Shown: positions 1 through 10,727 of the stretch, one piece after another | Layout: each line of letters begins with the position of its first letter | Position numbering within the stretch: position 1 is the first letter of the stretch | Origin: Tubiluchus corallicola | Taxonomy: Eukaryota > Animalia > Priapulida | Reading direction: 5' to 3' | Length of the DNA stretch: 24,158 nucleotides | Assembly (NCBI GenBank): GCA_030141605.1 | Contig: JAQGDQ010001824.1 | Coordinates: 1 to 24,158, forward strand | Made by a program: the position numbers and the translations under genes | The notes under the pieces: model-generated | The model's database searches: none | Told to the model about the DNA's origin: nothing | Seen by the model: only the letters and a program-made list of their open reading frames with translations

Positions 1-179
1 AGTTGTGTTCTGCTGTCATTAGCGTCTTTTTGTTTACTGTCTTTCTGGGAAGGGTGGTTGACTCGCTAACCTTTGGTTTTTCGCCTCCCTTTCTCCCATG
101 TTCGTTAGTTTTTTTGTGTATCTCATTGTCAAATTATTCTAAATTTATGAAGAAAATAAAAAAATTACTTACTTACTTA

Positions 180-209
180 ATCGAATTCGAACGTTCGATG
201 CTCACCTCT
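180..209. mobile_element. Terminal fragment of a hAT-type MITE related to the 18871-19246 element
   Basis: CGTTCGATGCTCACC (192-206) is identical to the right end of the MITE (19228-19242) and is preceded by the same TCGAA/TTCGAA subterminal motifs. The other end is not recognisable in the window. Confidence 0.5.
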
Positions 210-250
210 TGTTTTCAGGCACGAATTTTCTCCCTGACGGCAAACTCGGA

Positions 251-3200
251 AGTGTGAACAGCTTTGCGAGTCACCGTCGGGAAGAAATTACAAACTCTTG
301 GACAATTTCCGAGAGTTGATTTACTGTCTAGTGTGAACAACTTTGCGAGTTACCATCGGGAAGAAATTACAAATTCTTGGACAATTTCCGCAAGTTGATT
401 TACTGTCTAGTGTGAACGCTTTGCGAGTTACCGTCGGGAAGAAATTACAAACTCTTGGACAATTTCCGCGAGTTCATTTACTGTCTAGTGTGAACACTTT
501 GCGAGTCACCATCGGGAAGAAATTACAAACTCTTGGACAATTTCTGCAAGTTGATTTACTGTCTAGTGTGAACACTTTGCGAGTTACCGTCGGGAAGAAA
601 TTACAAACTCTTGGACAATTTCCGAGAGTTGATTTACTGTCTAGTGTGAACAGCTTTGCGAGTCACCATCGGGAAGAAATTACAAATTCTTGGACAATTT
701 CCGCAAGTTGATTTACTGTCTAGTGTGAACACTTTGCGAGTCACCATCGGGAAGAAATTACAAACTCTTGGACAATTTCCGAGAGTTGATTTACTGTCTA
801 GTGTGAACAGCTTTGCGAGTTACCATCGGGAAGAAATTACAAATTCTTGGACAATTTCCGCAAGTTGATTTACTGTCTAGTGTGAACACTTTGCGAGTTA
901 CCGTCGAGAAGAAATTACAAACTCTTGGGCAATTTCTGCAAGTTGATTTACTGTCTAGTGTGAACGCTTTGCGAGTTACCATCGGGAAGAAATTACAAAC
1001 TCTTGGACAATTTCCGCGAGTTCATTTACTGTCTAGTGTGAACACTTTGCGAGTCACCATCGGGAAGAAATTACAAACTCTTGGACAATTTCCGCGAGTT
1101 CATTTACTGTCTAGTGTGAACGCTTTGCGAGTTACCGTCGGGAAGAAATTACAAACTCTTGGACAATTTCTGCAAGTTGATTTACTGTCTAGTGTGAACA
1201 CTTTGCGAGTCACCATCGGGAAGAAATTACAAACTCTTGGACAATTTCTGCAAGTTGATTTACTGTCTAGTGTGAACGCTTTGCGAGTTACCGTCGAGAA
1301 GAAATTACAAATTCTTGGACAATTTCCGCAAGTTGATTTACTGTCTAGTGTGAACGCTTTGCGAGTTACCGTCGGGAAGAAATTACAAACTCTTGGACAA
1401 TTTCCGCGAGTTGATTTACTGTCTAGTGTGAACACTTTGCGAGTCACCATCGGGAAGAAATTACAAACTCTTGGACAATTTCTGCAAGTTGATTTACTGT
1501 CTAGTGTGAACACTTTGCGAGTTACCGTCGGGAAGAAATTACAAACCACAAAAACCAAACACCACACCACAAAAAACAAATCTTGGACAATTTCTGCAAG
1601 TTGATTTACTGTCTAGTGTGAACACTTTGCGAGTTACCGTCGGGAAGAAATTACAAACTCTTGGACAATTTCCGAGAGTTGATTTACTGTCTAGTGTGAA
1701 CAGCTTTGCGAGTCACCATCGGGAAGAAATTACAAATTCTTGGACAATTTCCGCAAGTTGATTTACTGTCTAGTGTGAACACTTTGCGAGTTACCGTCGG
1801 GAAGAAATTACAAACTCTTGGACAATTTCCGCGAGTTGATTTACTGTCAAGTGTGAACGCTTTGCGAGTTACCATCGGGAAGAAATTACAAACTCTTGGA
1901 CAATTTCCGCAAGTTGATTTACTGTCTAGTGTGAACACTTTGCGAGTCACCATCGGGAAGAAATTACAAACTCTTGGACAATTTCCGCGAGAACCAAACC
2001 AACCACAAACCAAACCAACTCGGGAAGAAATTACAAACTCTTGGACACAAACCAAACCACCCAAAAACAACACACCAAACCAAACCAACCCAAAAACAAC
2101 ACACCAAACCAAACCAACCAAAAACAAACCACACCAAACCAAACATTCGCATTATTTACTGTCAGTGTGAACGCTTTGAGTTACCGTCGAAGAAATTCAA
2201 ACCTACATTCGCATTGATTTACTGTCTAGTGTGAACGCTTTGCGAGTTACCATCGGGAAGAAATTACAAACTCTTGGACAATTTCCGCGAGTTCATTTAC
2301 TGTCTAGTGTGAACACTTTGCGAGTCACCATCGGGAAGAAATTACAAACTCTTGGACAATTTCTGCAAGTTGATTTACTGTCTAGTGTGAACACTTTGCG
2401 AGTTACCGTCGGGAAGAAATTACAAACTCTTGGACAATTTTCGAGAGTTGATTTACTGTCTAGTGTGAACAGCTTTGCGAGTCACCATCGGGAAGAAATT
2501 ACAAATTCTTGGACAATTTCCGCAAGTTGATTTACTGTCTAGTGTGAACACTTTGCGAGTTACCGTCGGGAAGAAATTACAAACTCTTGGACAATTTCCG
2601 AGAGTTGATTTACTGTCTAGTGTGAACACTTTGCGAGTTACCGTCGAGAAGAAATTACAAACTCTTGGGCAATTTCTGCAAGTTGATTTACTGTCTAGTG
2701 TGAACGCTTTGCGAGTTACCATCGGGAAGAAATTACAAACTCTTGGACAATTTCCGCAAGTTATTTACTGTCTAGTGTGAACACTTTGCGAGTACCTCGG
2801 AAGAAATTACAAACTCTTGGCAATTTCGCAAGTTGATTTACTGTCTAGTGTGAACACTTTGCGAGTCACCATCGGGAAGAAATTACAAACTCTTGGACAA
2901 TTTCCGCGAGTTCATTTACTGTCTAGTGTGAACGCTTTGCGAGTTACCGTCGGGAAGAAATTACAAACTCTTGGACAATTTCTGCAAGTTGATTTACTGT
3001 CTAGTGTGAACACTTTGCGAGTCACCATCGGGAAGAAATTACAAACTCTTGGACAATTTCTGCAAGTTGATTTACTGTCTAGTGTGAACGCTTTGCGAGT
3101 TACCGTCGAGAAGAAATTACAAATTCTTGGACAATTTCCGCAAGTTGATTTACTGTCTAGTGTGAACGCTTTGCGAGTTACCGTCGGGAAGAAATTACAA

Positions 3201-4697
3201 ATTCTTGGACAATTTCCGCAAGTTGATTTACTGTCTAGTGTGAACACTTTGCGAGTTACCGTCGGGAAGAAATAACAAACTCTTGGACAATTTCCGCGAG
3301 TTGATTTACTGTCAAGTGTGAACGCTTTGCGAGTTACCCGGAAGAAATTAAACTCTTGGACAATTTCCGCGAGTTCATTTACTGTCTAGTGTGAACGCTT
3401 TGCGCGTTACCGTCGGGAAGAAATTACAAACTCTTGGACAATTTCCGCGAGTTGATTTACTGTCTAGTGTGAACGCTTTGCGAGTTACCGTCGGGAAGAA
3501 ATTACAAACTCTTGGACAATTTCCGCGAGTTCATTTACTGTCTAGTGTGAACACTTTGCGAGTCACCATCGGGAAGAAATTACAAACTCTTGGACAATTT
3601 CTGCAAGTTGATTTACTGTCTATTGAACACTTTGCGAGTCCTCGGAAGAAATTACAAACTCTTGGACAATTTCCGAGAGTTGATTTATTCTAGTGTGAAC
3701 GCTTTGCGAGTCACCATCGGGAAGAAATTACAATCGGACAATTTCCGCAGTTGATTTACTGCAGTGTGAACACTTTGCGAGTTACCGTCGGGAAGAAATT
3801 ACAAACTCTTGGACAATTTCCGAGAGTTGATTTACTGTCTAGTGTGAACACTTGCAGTTACCGTCGAGAAGAAATTACAAACTCTTGGGCATTCTCAAGT
3901 TGATTACTGTCTAGTGTAACGCTTTGCGAGTTACCATCGGGAAGAAATTACAAACTCTTGGACAATTTCCGAGTTCTTTACTGTCTAGTGTGAACACTTT
4001 GCGAGTCACCATCGGAAATTACAAACTCTTGGACAATTTCCGCGAGTTCATTTACTGTCTAGTGTGAACGCTTTGCGAGTTACCGTCGGGAAGAAATTAC
4101 AAACTCTTGGACAATTTCTGCAAGTTGATTTACTGTCTAGTGTGAACACTTTGCGAGTCACCATCGGGAAGAAATTACAAACTCTTGGACAATTTCTGCA
4201 AGTTGATTTACTGTCTAGTGTGAACGCTTTGCGAGTTACCGTCGAGAAGAAATTACAAATTCTTGGACAATTTCCGCAAGTTGATTTACTGTCTAGTGTG
4301 AACGCTTTGCGAGTTACCGTCGGGAAGAAATTACAAATTCTTGGACAATTTCCGCAAGTTGATTTACTGTCTAGTGTGAACACTTTGCGAGTTACCGTCG
4401 GGAAGAAATTACAAACTCTTGGACAATTTCCGCGAGTTGATTTACTGTCAAGTGTGAACGCTTTGCGAGTTACCATCGGGAAGAAATTACAAACTCTCGG
4501 ACAATTTCCGCGAGTTCATTTACTGTCTAGTGTGAACGCTTTGCGCGTTACCGTCGGGAAGAAATTACAAACTCTTGGACAATTTCCGCGAGTTGATTTA
4601 CTGTCTAGTGTGAACGCTTTGCGAGTTACCGTCGGGAAGAAATTACAAACTCTTGGACAATTTCCGCGAGTTGATTTACTGTCTAGTGTGAACACTT
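251..4697. repeat. 78-bp satellite array, ~57 copies, with higher-order structure
   Basis: Unit approximately AGTGTGAACACTTTGCGAGTTACCGTCGGGAAGAAATTACAAACTCTTGGACAATTTCCGCGAGTTGATTTACTGTCT, with a few 79-bp variants (GAACAGCT). It lies in the inferred intron downstream of the TPMT-like exon. Confidence 0.98.
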
Positions 4698-5171
4698 CGG
4701 AGAATCACTCTTGACAGTACTCGCCGTGAATCGATAAACGCGTTTCATCTTACTCTCAGGTTTCAGACTAACTTTTTGTCTCACGAAAAAACTAAAGTGC
4801 AGCATGTTATCACAGACATGTGAGCATGGCCGCATGCGTGCAACAGCCAAACACCACATTACTTGAGCTGTTACCACACTGTGCTGGGCTGTGAAGCAAA
4901 TAGTACTACCCTACTACCCTCATGTGCTCTGTACAAGTATAAAGAAAAAAGTAAAAACTAAAGAAAAAAGACTTATTATATTAAATATTATCGATAATTG
5001 AGATGGATTTTAGGTTATTTTATTACTCCAGTGTTCTCTCATTCTATAAACCCCCCCCTATACTGTCCTTTAACTGCATTCATGTATGTCTTGACTTGGC
5101 TTCTTTCTGTCACGCTCTACTGACAGAGCTAGTTTACCTGGCTAGTTGGCAGTCTGTTCTTGGGTAAGAGA

Positions 5172-5240
5172 GTTGTTGTTGTTGTTGTTGCTGCTGGTGC
5201 TGTTGTTGTTGTTGTTGCTGTTGCTGTTGTTGTTGTTGTT
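5172..5240. repeat. (GTT/GCT)n microsatellite
   Basis: Directly visible; it accounts for the poly-Leu ORF 5146-5367. Confidence 0.95.
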
Positions 5241-5626
5241 TGTCTCAGTTAAACCATTTCTTTGTCAAGAGTATAAGAGCCATGATGTAAGTTTATTCAG
5301 TCTCACTTTATTATTAATTTCTTTGTTTCCTTTTTGGCTCAAATTAGTTTGCTATATTTTGTTATGATTTTTCTTACAGATAAAACGTAATAAAGCTAGT
5401 CAAACATGAATATTTTGACTTTGGGCATCATGAAGTAGTAGTATCTCACGGTAATATTGAGTGAAAAAGTAGGGGGTGCTGCAGTTCCACAGTACCTATG
5501 CATGAGCCGCCGCTGAGCGAGAGTTCATGTTTAAAGCTTACAAACTAAACTGTCCCAGTAAAATGCAAAAAACTGTTACTTGGACAGCTTGTTTAGGGTA
5601 AAAAAAATATATATAATACCACTTAC

Positions 5627-5727
5627 ACGTGATGTTTGGCACGATGCCAGCCTACACGGTCTTCCTCCCATCTCGACTTCCACTTCTCCAGGCTGTAGGC
5701 ATTGTCTTTGTGCAAATTCAAGCTCAT
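5627..5727 (-). CDS. TPMT: First coding exon of a thiopurine S-methyltransferase (TPMT)-like gene; remaining exons not found in window
   Basis: ATG at 5727 with an in-frame TAA two codons upstream. It translates to MSLNLHKDNAYSLEKWKSRWEEDRVGWHRAKHH + GT, followed by a GTAAGT donor (5626-5621). It matches the TPMT N-terminal pattern W-x3-W-x5-[FW]H-x4-H (human [22 protein letters not shown]). From memory, human TPMT has a phase-2 intron at the same position (after c.140). Absent from the ORF track. Confidence 0.75.
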
Positions 5728-5911
5728 CACTTATAAAAACGGCGCGGCATTTGTAAAACGAAGAATTCTGGAAGCAAATAAGAACTTTCAAGTCTTACGA
5801 AAAATTAACGAGAGCACTAGCAAAGGCCCCGCAAAAAAAATTGCGTATAAATACACTTATAATCAAAAAAATGCGAACATCCTAAATAGTCCTCTAATCC
5901 GCGAACGTCAA

Positions 5912-8900
5912 CTAATCAATGATTGAGAAACAGTAATTGGGTACAATGGTTGCGCAGAACCTAATCAATGATTAAGAAACAGTAATTGGGTACAATGGTT
6001 GCGCAAAACCTAATCAATGATTGAGAAACAGTAATTGTGTACAATGGTTGCGCAAAACCTAATCAATGATTGAGAAACAGTAATTGGGTACAATGGTTGT
6101 GCAGAACCTAATCAATGATTGAGAAACAGTAATTGGGTACAATGGTTGCGCAGAACCTAATCAATGATTGAAAAACAGTAATTGTGTACAATGGTTGCGC
6201 AGAACCTAATCAATGATTGAAAAACAGTAATTGGGTACAATGGTTGCGCAGAACCTAATCAATGATTGAGAAACAATAATTGTGTACAATGGTTGCGCAA
6301 AACCTAATCAATGATTGAGAAACAGTAATTGGGTACAATGGTTGCGCAGAACCTAATCAATGATTGAGAAATAGTAATTGTGTACAATGGTTGCGCAAAA
6401 CCTAATCAATGATTGAGAAACAGTAATTGGGTACAATGGTTGCGCAGAACCTAATCAATGATTGAGAAACAGTAATTGTGTACAATGGTTGTGCAAAACC
6501 TAATCAATGATTGAGAAACAGTAATTGGGTACAAGGGCAGCGCAAAACCTAATCAATGATTGAGAAACAGTAATTGTGTACAATGATTGCGCAAAACCTA
6601 ATCAATGATTGAGAAACAGTAATTGGGTACAAGGGTTGCGCAAAACCTAATCAATGATTGAGAAACAGTAATTGTGTACAATGGTTGCGCAAAACCTAAT
6701 CAATGATTGAGAAACAGTAATTGGGTACAATGGTTGCGCAGAACCTAATCAATGATTGAGAAACAGTAATTGTGTACAATGGTTGTGCAAAACCTAATCA
6801 ATGATTGAGAAACAGTAATTGGGTACAAGGGTTGCGCAAAACCTAATCAATGATTGAGAAACAGTAATTGTGTACAATGATTGCGCAAAACCTAATCAAT
6901 GATTGAGAAACAGTAATTGTGTAAAAGGGTTGCGCAGAACCTAATCAATGATTGAGAAACAGTAATTGTGTACAATGGTTGCGCAAAACCTAATCAATGA
7001 TTGAGAAACAGTAATTGTGTACAATGGTTGCGCAAAACCTAATCAATAATTGAGAAACAGTAATTGTGTACAATGGTTGCGCAGAACCTAATCAATGATT
7101 GAGAAACAGTAATTGTGTACAATGGTTGCGCAAAACCTAATCAATGATTGAGAAACAGTAATTGTGCACAAGGGTTGCGCAAAACCTAATCAATGATTGA
7201 GAAACAGTAATTGTGTACAATGGTTGCGCAGAACCTAATCAATGATGGAAAAACAGTAATTGTGTACAATGGTTGCGCAAAACCTAATCAATGATTGAAA
7301 AACAGTAATTGTGTACAATGGTTGCGCAGAACCTAATCAATGATTGAGAAACAGTAATTGTGTACAAGGGTTGCGCAAAACCTAATCAATGATTGAGAAA
7401 CAGTAATTGTGTACAATGGTTGCGCAGAACCTAATCAATGATTGAGCGCAAAACCTAATCAATGATTGAGAAACAGTAATTGTGTACAATGGTTGCGCAA
7501 AACCTAATCAATGATTGAGAAACAGTAATTGGGTACAATGGTTGCGCAGAACCTAATCAATGATTGAGAAACTGTAATTGTGTACAATGATTGCGCAAAA
7601 CCTAATCAATGATTGAGAAACAGTAATTGTGTACAATGGTTGCGCAAAACCTAATCAATGATTGAGAAACAGTAATTGTGTACAATGGTTGCGCAAAACC
7701 TAATCAATGATTGAGAAACAGTAATTGTGTACAATGGTTGCGCAGAACCTAATCAATGACTGAGAAACAGTAATTGTGTACAATGGTTGCGCAAAACCTA
7801 ATCAATGATTGAGAAACAGTAATTGTGTACAATGGTTGCGCAAAACCTAATCAATGATTGAGAAACAGTAATTGGGTACAAGGGTTGCGCAAAACCTAAT
7901 CAATGATTGAGAAACAGTAATTGTGTAGAATGGTTGCGCAGAACCTAATCAATGATGGAAAAACAGTAATTGTGTACAATTGTTGCGCAAAACCTAATCA
8001 ATGATTGAAAAACAGTAATTGTGTACAATGGTTGCGCAGAACCTAATCAATGATTGAGAAACAGTAATTGTGTACAAGGGTTGCGCAAAACCTAATCAAT
8101 GATTGAGAAACAGTAATTGTGTACAAGGGTTGCGCAAAACCTAATCAATGATTGAGAAACAGTAATTGTGTACAATGGTTGCACAAAACCTAATCAATGA
8201 TTGAGAAACAGTAATTGTGTACAAGGGTTGCGCAAAACCTAATCAATGATTGAGAAACAGTAATTGTGTACAATGGTTGCGCAAAACCTAATCAATGATT
8301 GAGAAACAGTAATTGTGTACAATGGTTGCGCAAAACCTAATCAATGATTGAGAAACAGTAATTGTGTACAATGGTTGCGCAGAACCTAATCAATGATTGA
8401 GAAACAGTAATTGTGTACAATGGTTGCGCAAAACCTAATCAATGATTGAGAAACAGTAATTGTGTACAATGGTTGCGCAGAACCTAATCAATGATTGAGA
8501 AACAGTAATTGGGTACAATGGTTGCGCAGAACCTAATCAATGATGGAAAAACAGTAATTGTGTACAATGGTTGCGCAAAACCTAATCAATGATTGAGAAA
8601 CAGTAATTGTGTACAATGGTTGCGCAAAACCTAATCAATGATTGAGAAACAGTAATTGTGTACATGGTTGCGCAAACCTAATCAATGATTGAGAAACAGT
8701 AATTGGGTACAAGGGTTGCGCAGAACCTAATCAATGATTGAAAAACAGTAATTGTGTACAATGGTTGCGCAAAACCTAATCAATGATTGAGAAACAGTAA
8801 TTGTGTACAATGGTTGCGCAGAACCTAATCAATGATTGAGCGCAAAACCTAATCAATGATTGAGAAACAGTAATTGGGTACAAGGGTTGCGCAGAACCTA

Positions 8901-8942
8901 ATCAATGATTGAGAAACAGTAATTGTGTACAAGGGTTGCGCA
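5912..8942. repeat. 49-bp tandem array, ~62 copies
   Basis: Unit CCTAATCAATGATTGAGAAACAGTAATTGTGTACAATGGTTGCGCAAAA. Two identical 24-bp truncated units occur near 7446 and 8840. Confidence 0.98.
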
Positions 8943-8959
8943 TAGATTTTTACATAGGA

Positions 8960-9034
8960 AAAACGTTACGAAAAATCGGGACCGGTGTTGGTGGTCCCTT
9001 ATAAGGGAGTACCTTACACCCGAGGTTGACTGTA
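8960..9034. mobile_element. Possible right end of a Tc1/mariner-pogo-like non-autonomous DNA transposon
   Basis: Ends ...CCGAGGTTGACTG|TA, i.e. a CAGT-starting TIR plus a TA target site, ~90 bp after the 49-bp array. No matching left TIR (TA|CAGTCAACCTC) was found. Confidence 0.4.
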
Positions 9035-10046
9035 CCGTGGCCGAGATTTCGGCACACTTTTTTGCACCATCTGATACGTTTCACCTTGCCGTGTAAATTG
9101 GCCTGCCTAATGACCACAGTCCATTAAGGGCTGCCAGTGAAAAGCGACGGGAAGTCTGATGAGACTGGGTGTAAGATAAAAACAGCAAGAAAGTTTTCCA
9201 GAAATGCAAGTTTTAACACGCAAATGAGAAAATGACAAAAGCGCTAAACTTAACACACTCGTTTATTGCCTCAAATTTTCTGCATCACATACAAAGTTTT
9301 CTTAAACAAGTGGCATAACTAGCTGTTGTGTTTTGTTTCTCTCGAAAGGCTCGTACAGAAAACCAGAAAACACGCCGTCAAACTAGTTTATTAAGCGAGA
9401 ATTCTACAACACAAAAATATGAAGGAACGCGAAATGATTACACTAAACGTGAAAATCTGGAAAACATTTAAGTGTGTCTGAGAATACAAGTATGCAGAGA
9501 AAGCGTAAGTGGCATCCGTGTGAATCAGCGTATCTCTCAGCGGAATGTTGCATGCATAATTTAAAATACCCAACTATCAAAGATACATGATACCTAATTG
9601 TCTCAAAAACGCCTAAGTACTGGCCGCTCCTATGCAAAAGTATATAAAAACTGTCTGCAATTGACTCAAATAACTCCGCACAATTGATTCTATATTTTTA
9701 TGCATAGAGATATACACGTGGTTACACTGATGTACGTGATGTAAACGTAAGTGACGGCCTGCCAACTAGCGGTCAGCTTGTGAAGTAATGTACTGGGTCC
9801 GTAAAAATTTTCTCAATGAATTTACACGATTTGCAAAATGGCACTACTGGTTTTTCAAAAACTCGGAATTCACGGAAAATTCTCATCCCTGGTTATTTTC
9901 TTCTGACAAAGTCGTGACCAAAACATCCGTACATTTTTTACGCCACACACATATATATATATATTATTTTCAACGTACTTAATTTTATCCGACATTTAAT
10001 AACATATAAATTTTTAAAGCATATAGCTAGTTAACTTCATATATAT

Positions 10047-10727
10047 GCTTGCATAGCAAAATCGTCCATAAGTCGGCAATTAAGCTTTTCTAGTTATTCA
10101 CATATGCTGAATCTCCATTTCATGAGGATCATCTTGATACCAAGTTCATTGTTCTTTATTACTTCTAAGCTGAGATAATCCACGTTAAAGTTGAGGTGCA
10201 GGCTGCACACTGAAAAACATAATCTTGAGAAAATCACTGTTAAAGTCAGCCATTGTTTTGTCTCATTTCTACAAAACACTTAGCAACTGTACAAATGTTG
10301 GTTGCTATATAGACTTTGCAAGAACACATTGAAGTTATGTTTAAATCCAGTAGATGTCTCTTCATGAAGAAGATCTGGACTTGACAAGAGAAAAATCGTG
10401 AAGCAAAATGACAGCTTCCATGAGCTACAATCGGAGTTTGAAAATACTTGAGTTTTTTTCACAATTGCAGTACTAGTTTCTAGTCAGGAAAGTGGGTACG
10501 GTGTAATAAAATTAGATTTCTAGCACTTTTTAAACATTTTCTTGATCATTTGATGCTAGAATATAAAAGTTAAATATATTTAGTGTTTGCTTTTATAAAA
10601 AATTTGTTTTAGTTTTGTGTTTGTTTTTATAAATTGACATTTGACAAAAATTTTGGCGCATTCAGCTTTGAACCATAATAATGTAGTTTTAACTATGCCG
10701 ACTTATGGATGATTTTGGTTTGCAAGC
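10047..10727. mobile_element. ~680-740 bp element bounded by 32-bp inverted repeats (old non-autonomous DNA transposon)
   Basis: GCTTGCATAGCAAAATCGTCCATAAGTCGGCA (10047-10078) matches the reverse complement of 10696-10727 at 29/32. Gapped similarity extends out to about 10025 and 10758 (CTAGTTA / TAACTAG). No clear TSD. Confidence 0.65.

Noticed and set aside
343-4714. 26-aa repeat ORFs on both strands (LRR-like on +, CxxC-containing on -)
   Set aside because: They follow from a 78-bp unit lacking stops. Recurrent 79-bp variants break the frame, variants are mostly non-synonymous, and there is no unique N- or C-terminus.
5470-5515. hAT-MITE-like terminus GAGCCGCCGCTG
   Set aside because: No partner TIR or TSD found.
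251-8942. CRISPR-like appearance of palindromic repeats
   Set aside because: No unique spacers, no cas genes, and a eukaryotic context.
9150-9200. CTGATGA...GAAA resembling a hammerhead ribozyme core
   Set aside because: Stems II and III cannot be formed convincingly.
9035-9891. Possible hAT element ending TCTCATCCCTG
   Set aside because: The left end matches poorly and there is no TSD.
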